Part shown: positions 1-7,951 of the stretch, in pieces | Position numbering within the stretch: position 1 is the stretch's first letter | How the letters are laid out: each line of letters begins with the position of its first letter | Source: an uncultured Candidatus Saccharibacteria bacterium | GTDB lineage: Bacteria; Patescibacteriota; Minisyncoccia; Sungbacterales; HO2-52-23 | Assembly: GCA_964646295.1 (NCBI GenBank) | Contig: CAZYED010000001.1 | Location: 22,527-50,791 of the forward strand | Length of the DNA: 28,265 nt | Direction of reading: 5' to 3' | Notes under the pieces: generated by a model | Databases searched by the model: none | Seen by the model: the letters and a program-made list of their open reading frames with translations, nothing else | What the model was told of the DNA's origin: nothing | Position numbers and translations under genes: made by a program

Positions 1-1561
1 GAGCCGCGAGAGGTATTGGGGGACGCCCTTGCCCATATGGAAGTGCGACAAGTGCGGCGAGATTGAAGTGATCGGCTCATGCGACGAGCTAAAAAAACGC
101 TCAGGCAAACTGCCGCATGATGCGGCACAAGAAGTGGATCTGCATCGTCCGTATGTGGATGAGATAAAGTTTGATTGCGCTTCCTGCAGTGGCGTTATGC
201 GCCGCACGCCGGAAGTTGCAGATGTATGGTTTGATTCGGGAGCCATGCCGTTTGCAAGTGCCCACTGGCCATTTTCATCTTATGAGACCCGGCCTCGTAA
301 GATGGAAAAACTTGCGTATCCGGCGGATTATATTTCGGAAGCCGTGGATCAGACGCGCGGATGGTTTTATAGCATGCTTGCGGTCGCCACTCTGCTAGGG
401 CGTACGGCACCGTACAAAAACGTGATCTCGCTCGGGCATGTTCTGGATGCCAAGGGTCAAAAAATGTCCAAGTCCAAAGGCAATGTCGTAAACCCGCAGG
501 AGATGATGGACAAATATGGCGTGGATGCGCTCCGGTGGTATTTTTTCACGATCAATGGCCCGGGCGAGCCGAAAAGGTTTGATGAAAAAGACGTGGCGCT
601 CCGCTCGCGCGGATTTGTGGCGACGCTTTGGAATACGTTTGTATTTTTTGATACGTACGTGACGAGAATCAAGAATCAAGAATCAAGAATCAAGAGGTCA
701 AATGTATTGGATGCATGGATCATGGCAAAACTGAATCTGCTTGTCGGGCATGTGACGGATCGGCTGGATGAGTATGATCTGGTGGGTGCTGTGCGTGCGA
801 TTGATGAATTTGCGGTGAACGACTTTTCGCAGTGGTATGTGCGCCGATCGCGTCGCAGATTCCAGCATCCGGAAAATGCGCAGGAAAAAAATGAGGCCGC
901 GGCAACCATGGCGGAGGTTTTGGCGTCGCTCGCGGAACTATCTGCGCCCTTCGCGCCGTTTATCAGCGAGACCGTGTATCGCGGATTGCGTAAGAAAATG
1001 GGATTGAAAGAGGAGAGTGTGCATCTGCGGCCGTGGCCTAAAATAGAATCAGGAATCAAGAAGAAGGAATCAGGAATGATAAAAGATATGGAAGCTGTAC
1101 GCGCTATTGTTGCTGAGGCTTTGAAATTGCGGGCGGAGGCGGGAATCAAAGTGCGTCAGCCTCTGCGGGAATTAGGAATTAGGAATAAGGAGTTAATGGG
1201 GAAGGAAGAGTTGCTACGATTGATAAAGGATGAGGTAAACGTCAAAGAGATTGTTTTTGGTGATGAGATAAAACTGGATACTGTAATTACGCCGGAGCTC
1301 AAAGAAGAGGGAATCGCGCGGGAGTTTGTGCGGACGGTGCAGGATATGCGCCGCGAGCTTGGTATGAAGCCGGGCGAAAAAGTGCGATGCCAGATCATGG
1401 GCAGTGAGCGTATTTCCGCGATTCTGGTAAGATGGGAGCGGGAGATCAAAAAAGATACCAATGCCGCGGAACTGAAAGCAGGCGGCAAAAAAGTATACAA
1501 GCTTGAGCGTGAATCCGATCTTGACGGCGAGAAGCTGTGGATTGGGATTTTAGCGGCATAA
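1..1561 (+). CDS. ileS: Isoleucyl-tRNA synthetase, C-terminal part (5' end outside window); type 2-like
   Basis: Frame is open from the window start (SRERYWGTPLPIW). Motifs DVWFDSGAMPF, EAVDQTRGWFYS (type 2 signature) and KMSKS are present. Confidence 0.97.
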   Translation, partial: SRERYWGTPLPIWKCDKCGEIEVIGSCDELKKRSGKLPHDAAQEVDLHRPYVDEIKFDCASCSGVMRRTPEVADVWFDSGAMPFASAHWPFSSYETRPRKMEKLAYPADYISEAVDQTRGWFYSMLAVATLLGRTAPYKNVISLGHVLDAKGQKMSKSKGNVVNPQEMMDKYGVDALRWYFFTINGPGEPKRFDEKDVALRSRGFVATLWNTFVFFDTYVTRIKNQESRIKRSNVLDAWIMAKLNLLVGHVTDRLDEYDLVGAVRAIDEFAVNDFSQWYVRRSRRRFQHPENAQEKNEAAATMAEVLASLAELSAPFAPFISETVYRGLRKKMGLKEESVHLRPWPKIESGIKKKESGMIKDMEAVRAIVAEALKLRAEAGIKVRQPLRELGIRNKELMGKEELLRLIKDEVNVKEIVFGDEIKLDTVITPELKEEGIAREFVRTVQDMRRELGMKPGEKVRCQIMGSERISAILVRWEREIKKDTNAAELKAGGKKVYKLERESDLDGEKLWIGILAA

Positions 1562-1568
1562 TCAAAAT

Positions 1569-2234
1569 GTGTATATGCAGGACTTGAATTTTTGGTTTTT
1601 TACTTTGAGTGCTATTCCGCAGACGCTCGGGGCGCTGGTAGCGCTGGTGGTCGCGTTTGTCATCTACCGGATCGGTGAGATAGACCGGCTGCTTGGCCGC
1701 GATATTCCGCGCATGAAAAGATGTCTGCTTGCCGCGACCGATGCTACGATTGCCGAGCTAAACGAGCAGAGCAGTCGGGAGATACTGCGTGATCTGCAAA
1801 AATTTTTGGCGACCATGGATCCCGAGAGAAACGAACTCGGACTGGAACTGCCGCGCCATGCGGAGCTTGTGGAAGTGTTTGACCGGATGACGGACGAGGA
1901 GTACGGCATCGTGTCGTCCAATAGCCGGGAGATTTATCTGTACCTGCAGGAGAAAGCGAATAAAATAGAGGTATCACTCAACAGTCGCGCGCTTATCCTG
2001 GAGTATCTCAAAGTCTCCGTGATTTTGTCGCTTTTTACGATCGTCGCGTCGCTTGGCATCATGCCGCAGAGTTCGTTCTTTCTGCCGCAGACGCGGGGAT
2101 TCATCGTCGCCTGCGTGCTTTTCCTGACAGTGGTCAGCGCCGCGTACACCGGGTACTCGGTGTTTGTAACCGTGAATCCGCGGGGATATCTGCGGAAGAA
2201 GATCGTGAGAAAGCGGCGGAAGATATCTTCTTAG
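1569..2234 (+). CDS. Hypothetical membrane protein (about 3 TM segments)
   Basis: 221-aa ORF packed between ileS and recO, with one N-terminal and two C-terminal hydrophobic stretches. Start is GTG 1569 or ATG 1575. Confidence 0.7.
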   Translation: MYMQDLNFWFFTLSAIPQTLGALVALVVAFVIYRIGEIDRLLGRDIPRMKRCLLAATDATIAELNEQSSREILRDLQKFLATMDPERNELGLELPRHAELVEVFDRMTDEEYGIVSSNSREIYLYLQEKANKIEVSLNSRALILEYLKVSVILSLFTIVASLGIMPQSSFFLPQTRGFIVACVLFLTVVSAAYTGYSVFVTVNPRGYLRKKIVRKRRKISS

Positions 2235-2248
2235 ACATGCTTTAGATC

Positions 2249-2731
2249 ATGCATGCCACCGACGCGTTTGTCTTGAAAAAACTTGATATTGGAGAGGCTG
2301 ATGTCCTGTATGCGCTGTATACGAGGGATTTCGGCAAAGTAGTCGCGCGCGCGCAGGGAATACGCAAAAACGAAGCGAAACTGCGCGGGCATCTGGAGCC
2401 ATTTTCTTTAAGCGCGGTGCGGCTCATCAGCGCGCGCCACGGGGAGAAGCTCATCGGAGCGTCTCTGGTGCGTTTCGGCGAGCGGATGCGATCGCGCGAT
2501 GTGACTCTGCGCCTGGCCGCATACGTGGCGGCGCGTCTGGATGAGCATTGTTTTGCGGGAGAGCGCGATCCCGCGCTCTGGCGTCTTGCGGATGCCGCGT
2601 TTGGCGCGCTTGATGGCCATGAATTCGCCGAGGATGCAGAAGCGCCGTTTCGCAAAGAATTTGATATGAACCTGTCTTTGTGTCTCGGGCACGGCGACGG
2701 CGATGGCAAATCATATGACGACGCGGTATGA
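2249..2731 (+). CDS. recO: DNA repair protein RecO (short form)
   Basis: N-terminal OB-fold pattern AFVLKKLDIGEADVLYALYTRDFGKV..A.G.RK..KLRGHLEPF; only 160 aa. Confidence 0.88.
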   Translation: MHATDAFVLKKLDIGEADVLYALYTRDFGKVVARAQGIRKNEAKLRGHLEPFSLSAVRLISARHGEKLIGASLVRFGERMRSRDVTLRLAAYVAARLDEHCFAGERDPALWRLADAAFGALDGHEFAEDAEAPFRKEFDMNLSLCLGHGDGDGKSYDDAV

Positions 2732-4659
2732 TAGAGAGACTTGAATCTAATAGTATTTACATCGTCAATTCATGGGACGACTTGATGAATTACAAGAGGG
2801 GTTGTATGGCGCCGCGGAAGACACGGAAATCACCGGCCGCAGAAAGCGGCGGTCGGCGCGTGCCGGGCGAGTGGAACGAGAAAGACGAGGAAGGCGAGTC
2901 TTTGCCTGCCAGACCCATGTTTTCTTTTCGTACGAGCCTGTTTCTCATAATCGGGGCGGCGGCTATTTTTCTTGCCGGAGCCGGAGTGTTTGTATATCTG
3001 TATCTTGGCACCGACCGGCAGGAGGCCGAGATTACGATCGGCGGCCGTGATTTTATTGAGGCGGGGGAAGCGGTGACTATTCCGGTGACGATACGCAACG
3101 CTTCTCAATCCGCTTTGGAAGACGTACAGCTTGCGATCGGCGTCCCCGCGGGGACGCTCGTAAAAAACGACGTGGGATTTGCGCCGCCGGATACGCCGCG
3201 CATGGTTGAGCATATCGGGACTATTGCCGCAGGCGAGGCCCAGACCAGGGAAATCACGGTGAGATTTTTCGGCGCCGAGCGAGAGGGACAAAATGTGGAA
3301 GTGACTCTCCTGTATCGCCCGGAGCGCTTGAGCGCGCGATTTTCGTCCACTTCGTCAAAGAAATTTACGATCGCGAGCGTCCCCTTGGCGCTTTTTTGGG
3401 AGACCTTGCCGCGCATAGATCCGCGGCAGAAGACGGAGATGACTCTGCGGTACAGTTCGCGCTCCCAAATTCCGTTTGGCGACGTATGGCTCCGGATAGA
3501 TCTCCCTCCGGGGTTTAAGACGGAGAGCGCCACGCCCAAGGCCGCAGTGGGAGAGTCGTTTTGGAAAATCGGCACGCTTGAGCCGGGCAAGGAAAGCAAA
3601 ATAGTCATCATAGGCGCTTTTGACGGTATGGGCGGCGAGGTGAATGCGCTGCGCGCGGGTCTCGGGTTTTTTGATGAGCGCACGAAAGAGTGGAGATTGT
3701 GGCGGGAGGCGACCAAGGAAGTGACGCTTTTATCCTCTCCGTTTCTGCTGACGACGCGGATCAACGGCATGCGCGACGGAGTACTGACTCCGGGCGAGGC
3801 CGCGGAGGTTGTCGTGGAGTATGCGAACCGCAGTGCGGTTACCGTACGAAACGTATCGGTGCAGGCGCGCATTGAGGGTAGTATTGCGGACTTGACGAGT
3901 ATGACTGTCGCAAGCGGCGGGGCTTTTGATACGCGTACGGGCGCTGTCGTATGGGGTCCGGGCGGGACCGAAGCCCTCCGTGAAGTCCGACCCGGACAGG
4001 CAGGGGAATTGCGCCTCTCGTTCCCCACGCAAAAGCGTCCTACGATGCGGACATCTGCAGATACAAACTTGACGCTCCGGGCGTATGCATCCATCAGCAC
4101 TCCCGATCTGCCGCAGGAGCTTGCGGGTGCAAAACTAAGCCCCGATGATACGGCGCAGTTGAAAGTGGCGACGATCGCTTTGTTTGTCGGACGCGCCGTC
4201 TTTCGCGCATCTCCCATTGCAAACAGCGGGCCTCTGCCGCCGCGGCAGGGCGAGAAGACGACATATGTGATCATCTGGGAAGCAAGGAATTTTACCAATG
4301 CGATAGAAAACGGCGAACTTGTCGCGCGCCTGCCGCCCAATGTCAGGTGGGAGAGTGCTACGTATCCGAGCGATGCCGATATCTCTTATAATGAATCAAC
4401 GAGCGAAGTGCGCTGGCGTCTCGGGCGCCTGGCGGCAGGCACGGGAGTGCTGACACCCGCGCGCACGGCCGCGTTTCAGGTGTCCATCGTCCCTGCGCCG
4501 AGCGATGTCCGCAAACCTCTGACGCTCGCGCATGAGGCTAGCTTTACGGGCAAGGACATGTTTACCGGACAGGACATCAAGGCGCGTATTGACGCGCTTA
4601 CCACGGAACTGCATGATGATACGGCGACGACCCAAAAAGACTGGTATGTCATTGAATAA
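2728..4659 (+). CDS. Membrane-anchored protein with repeated Ig-like beta-sandwich (DUF11-like) domains; start uncertain
   Basis: Single TM (LFLIIGAAAIFLAGAGVFVYLYL) followed by repeated beta-rich modules (VTIPVTIRN, TLRYSS, VVVEYAN, YVIIWEARN, W.LG.L..G). Confidence 0.75.
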   Translation: MIERLESNSIYIVNSWDDLMNYKRGCMAPRKTRKSPAAESGGRRVPGEWNEKDEEGESLPARPMFSFRTSLFLIIGAAAIFLAGAGVFVYLYLGTDRQEAEITIGGRDFIEAGEAVTIPVTIRNASQSALEDVQLAIGVPAGTLVKNDVGFAPPDTPRMVEHIGTIAAGEAQTREITVRFFGAEREGQNVEVTLLYRPERLSARFSSTSSKKFTIASVPLALFWETLPRIDPRQKTEMTLRYSSRSQIPFGDVWLRIDLPPGFKTESATPKAAVGESFWKIGTLEPGKESKIVIIGAFDGMGGEVNALRAGLGFFDERTKEWRLWREATKEVTLLSSPFLLTTRINGMRDGVLTPGEAAEVVVEYANRSAVTVRNVSVQARIEGSIADLTSMTVASGGAFDTRTGAVVWGPGGTEALREVRPGQAGELRLSFPTQKRPTMRTSADTNLTLRAYASISTPDLPQELAGAKLSPDDTAQLKVATIALFVGRAVFRASPIANSGPLPPRQGEKTTYVIIWEARNFTNAIENGELVARLPPNVRWESATYPSDADISYNESTSEVRWRLGRLAAGTGVLTPARTAAFQVSIVPAPSDVRKPLTLAHEASFTGKDMFTGQDIKARIDALTTELHDDTATTQKDWYVIE

Positions 4660-4662
4660 GCT

Positions 4663-6018
4663 ATGGAGAAAGCATCAGAACAAAACTTCGTATCAATGGA
4701 AAAGATCGTGAGCTTGGCCAAGCGGCGCGGCTTTGTCTTTCCCGCGTCCGAGATATATGGCGGGCTTGCTGGTACATGGGACTATGGGCCTTTGGGCGTG
4801 GAGCTCAAAAACAACATCAAAGAAATGTGGTGGCGGAGATTTGTGCGTGCCCGCGACGACATGGTGGGGATTGATACTGCAATCGTGATGAATCCGAAAG
4901 TATGGGAAGTATCGGGCCACGTCGGCGAATTTACCGATCCTCTGGTAGAGTGCAAAAAATGCCATCAGCGTTTTCGCGCCGATCAGACGGACGAATGGAC
5001 GGGACATTACGCGCGGGAGCATGGCCGGGCGGCAGAGGACGCGGATTTTTCCGAAGCGCGGAATTTCAATCTTCTGTTTCGCACATTTGTCGGCCCGGTG
5101 GAGGATTCCGCAAGCCAGACATACTTGCGTCCCGAAACTGCGCAGGGGATGTTTGTGAATTTCAAAAATATCACGGATACCATGCGCCATACTCTGCCTT
5201 TTGGTATCGCGCAGATCGGCAAGGCATTTCGCAACGAAATCACTCCGCGCGACTTCATCTTCCGCTCCCGCGAATTTGAGCAGATGGAAATAGAGTATTT
5301 TGTCCGCGAGGCGTCATGGGAGGATCACTTCGCGCACTGGCTCAACGAAATGCGCGCGTGGATCAGCGATATGGGTATCAGTATGGAGCGCGTGCATGAG
5401 CTTGAAGTGCCGGACGGGGAGCGCGCGCACTACTCAAAGCGCACGGTTGATTTTGAGTATGATTTTCCGTTTGGTAAAAAAGAACTGTACGGCCTCGCAT
5501 ACCGGGGCGACTTTGATCTCAAAAATCACTTCAAAGAGCCGCCGTATCGCGAGGAGGGCGAGGAGCCGTTTTATCCGCACGTGATTGAGCCGACATGGGG
5601 CGTGGATCGTACGGTGCTTGCGGTTTTGCTTGAGGCGTATCGTGAGGAAGAAAGCAAGAAAGGAAAGCGCGTATATCTGAAACTGCCGCCACGTCTGGCG
5701 CCCTACAAAGCCGCCGTATTTCCTCTGGTATCAAATCGTCCGCAGATCGTGGAAAAAGCAAATGAGGTGTGCAAGGAGCTCAAAGCGGGGGGGTTCAGTG
5801 TCGCATGGGACGCGCGCGGCAACATCGGCAAGCGTTATTATGCGCAGGATGAGATCGGCACTCCCTACTGTATCACGGTAGATTATCAGACATTGGAAGA
5901 CGGTACCGTGACAGTGCGCGATCGCGACACGGCAAAACAGGAACGCATAGCCGTGTCGGAATTGGCAAGGTTTTTAGCAGAAAAAACAAAGGGATCAATC
6001 TCAAACGCCACGCAATAG
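4663..6018 (+). CDS. glyQS: Glycyl-tRNA synthetase, homodimeric class II type
   Basis: KRRGFVFPASEIYGG, WDYGPLG, YLRPETAQG, motif 2 QIGKAFRNEITP, EQMEIEYF, and anticodon domain IGKRYYAQDEIGTPYCITVD. Confidence 0.97.
   Translation: MEKASEQNFVSMEKIVSLAKRRGFVFPASEIYGGLAGTWDYGPLGVELKNNIKEMWWRRFVRARDDMVGIDTAIVMNPKVWEVSGHVGEFTDPLVECKKCHQRFRADQTDEWTGHYAREHGRAAEDADFSEARNFNLLFRTFVGPVEDSASQTYLRPETAQGMFVNFKNITDTMRHTLPFGIAQIGKAFRNEITPRDFIFRSREFEQMEIEYFVREASWEDHFAHWLNEMRAWISDMGISMERVHELEVPDGERAHYSKRTVDFEYDFPFGKKELYGLAYRGDFDLKNHFKEPPYREEGEEPFYPHVIEPTWGVDRTVLAVLLEAYREEESKKGKRVYLKLPPRLAPYKAAVFPLVSNRPQIVEKANEVCKELKAGGFSVAWDARGNIGKRYYAQDEIGTPYCITVDYQTLEDGTVTVRDRDTAKQERIAVSELARFLAEKTKGSISNATQ
5917..5942 (+). 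repeat. 26-bp direct repeat, left copy (inside glyQS 3' end); right copy at 10842-10867
   Basis: CGCGATCGCGACACGGCAAAACAGGA is identical at both positions and begins with the 10-bp palindrome CGCGATCGCG. Confidence 0.92.
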
Positions 6019-6087
6019 CCGTGCAGATTTGGATTTATCCATCATCGTGTTGCCAACTTTCTGGAAATGTTGGTCTTTATGCGTCTC

Positions 6088-6116
6088 TTGCGCTCAATAT
6101 CCTTTTGCGCTACATT
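6088..6116 (+). promoter_or_regulatory. Predicted sigma70 promoter in the CRISPR leader
   Basis: TTGCGC(6088-6093)-17 bp-TACATT(6111-6116), 31 bp before repeat 1. Confidence 0.6.
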
Positions 6117-6147
6117 CCCAAAAGCTCTTTGATAGGCCCAAGGCGCT

Positions 6148-7728
6148 GTCTAAGAGTTACCCTATGAGAGGGAGTGTGTAAACGGGCGTAAACGGGCTTT
6201 GGGTCGTTACCCATCTGCGTCTAAGAGTTACCCTATGAGAGGGAGTTGCAAACTTCTGATGCTGGCAGTGATCCATCGCGGGTCTAAGAGCTACTCTCTG
6301 AGAGGAAGTGTGTAAACGTGCGTTGGCTTCCCTAATCTTATTCTTCTAAGAGCTACCCCATGAGAGGATGTGTTGAAACCATTATTGGCCTCCATGTGAG
6401 ATGTGTCAAAGAGTTCCTCATGAGAGGAGGTGTTGAAACGGCTTTTCTCCATCCTGCTAATACAGGTCAAAGGGCCACCTCATGAGAGGGAGTATGCAAA
6501 CGTGTGGTTTCTTTTTCTTGACAATTGTCTAAGAGTTGCCCCATGAGAGGGAGCATGCAAACAGGTGGTCCGTCTCAATCAGCATGGAATCTAAGAGCTA
6601 CTCCATGAGAGGGAGTATGTAAACAGGAGATTCTTCAAGCCGTCGAGGGGTCTAAGGACTACCTTATGAGAGGGAGTACGTAAACGAGCAGTCGGGTTTT
6701 GGCAGATTGAGTCAAAGATGAGAGGGAGCATGTAAACACGCTCTCAAAAAACTTGATGCCGTATCTAAGAACTACCCCATGAGAGGAAGTGTGTAAACTT
6801 GTAAACGCTTCCGTGCCACACATGTCCAGGAGTTACCCTGTGAGAGGGAGCATCTAAACCCAACAGCCGTAATGAGTAGCCCCGTCTAAGAGCCACCTTG
6901 TGAGAGGGAGCGTGTAAACCAACACACTTTTACCACGGAGGCTATGTCTAAGGACTACCTCATGAGAGGGGGCATGCAAACGCGGGATGTTCTCGTGGGT
7001 CGCCTTGGTCTAAGAGTCATCCCATGAGAGGAAGTGTGTAAACGCGTATCGGTGTGCTCGATTGAGAAGTCCAAGAGTTACCCCATGAGAGGGAGCATGG
7101 AAACGACCGAGCCTTCGACTTCCCACGCGAGTCTAAGAGCTACCCCATGGGAGGGAGCGTATAAACAATAACTTGTGTATCATTCGTGTAGAGTTAAAGA
7201 GCCACCTCATGAGAGGAAGTGTGTAAACAGGAGCGCACCGTACCAAAACAATTACGTCTAAGAACTACCCAATGAGAGGATGTATTGAAACCGGACAACG
7301 TCAGCATGCTCTTGAGATCAAAAAGTTGCCATATGAGGGGGAGCGTGTAAACGCCTAAAAACAGAAGGCGACCAAATTGTCTAAGTCTAAGAGTTCCCCT
7401 ATGGGAGGGAGCATGTAAACAAGTCCTCTGATCGTCCGCCATCCCATGTCTAAGAGTCACCCCATGAGAGGGGCATGTAAACCGTCGTCCGAGTCGCAAC
7501 GAGTTTGCAGTCTAAGCGCTACCCTATGAGAGGAAGTGTGTAAACTATAACGTCCTCTGCAAGGTGTCTGGTCTAAGAGTCATCCCATGAGAGGGAGCAT
7601 GTAAACATAGCCCTGACAGGAGAGAGTTACCAGTCTAAGGATTACCTCATGAGAGGGAGAATTGAAACGACGGCAATGGGTGGGGTCCTCAGAGTCTAAG
7701 AGTCACCAATGAGAGGAGGTATTGAAAC
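6148..7728 (+). CRISPR. CRISPR array: 26 degenerate ~36-bp repeats and 25 spacers (24-28 bp, one of 35 bp)
   Basis: Approximate consensus GTCTAAGAGYTACCYCATGAGAGGRAGYRTGTAAAC with a ~61-62 bp period. Repeat starts: 6148, 6219, 6282, 6344, 6405, 6466, 6527, 6589, 6650, 6711, 6763, 6824, 6884, 6946, 7008, 7069, 7131, 7193, 7256, 7317, 7385, 7448, 7510, 7571, 7633, 7694. All end in AAAC. Confidence 0.96.
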
Positions 7729-7756
7729 CTGGCTTACCATGAAGAGTAGCCAACAT

Positions 7757-7916
7757 TAAATTTTTTGAGCCCTGTCTCCGCGAGGAAGACAGGGCTCTTT
7801 TCATGAGAGGAAGCTTTTATACCCGACCGGTAATCCGGTCGGGGGATTGGCCGTTGAAACGATTTTAAAGCGGCCAATGGGCTTCTCTGTACGATACTAC
7901 CTATACAAGGAGCTTG
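7757..7916 (-). ncRNA. Predicted tracrRNA (boundaries approximate)
   Basis: Lies downstream of a canonical promoter. Contains stems at 7846-7878 and 7822-7843 (9-bp perfect), an anti-repeat at 7802-7822 complementary to the repeat 3' half, and the 7767-7797 hairpin. Confidence 0.72.
7767..7801 (+). terminator. Intrinsic terminator-like hairpin downstream of the array
   Basis: Perfect 11-bp stem GAGCCCTGTCT/AGACAGGGCTC (7767-7797) followed by TTTT on the + strand. Confidence 0.6.
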
Positions 7917-7922
7917 GGGAAA

Positions 7923-7951
7923 AAGATAGCTCAATCACGTTATCTTGTCAA
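7923..7951 (-). promoter_or_regulatory. Predicted sigma70 promoter for the tracrRNA
   Basis: Minus strand TTGACA(7951-7946)-17 bp-TATCTT(7928-7923). The -35 box lies in the last codons of the cas gene. Confidence 0.7.

Noticed and set aside
1769-1779. Self-targeting: 11-nt match to the start of spacer 9, and a 12-nt AAAAAACTTGAT match of spacer 10 in recO
   Set aside because: Matches this short are expected by chance for 25 spacers against 56 kb of strand sequence and do not extend. I saw no full protospacer by eye; a proper search is still needed.
3105-4340. 411-aa minus-strand ORF (and the many other short overlapping ORFs in the track)
   Set aside because: These are antisense or alternate-frame shadows of well-supported GC-rich genes and carry no motifs.
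7194-7499. 101-aa minus-strand ORF
   Set aside because: It lies wholly within the repeat-spacer array; a chance open frame.
6148-7728. Array as a simply decayed, non-functional relic, or as transcribed from the minus strand
   Set aside because: Spacer length is uniform, the AAAC end is invariant, variation is wobble-compatible with the anti-repeat, and promoter and terminator positions all favour a maintained + strand array.
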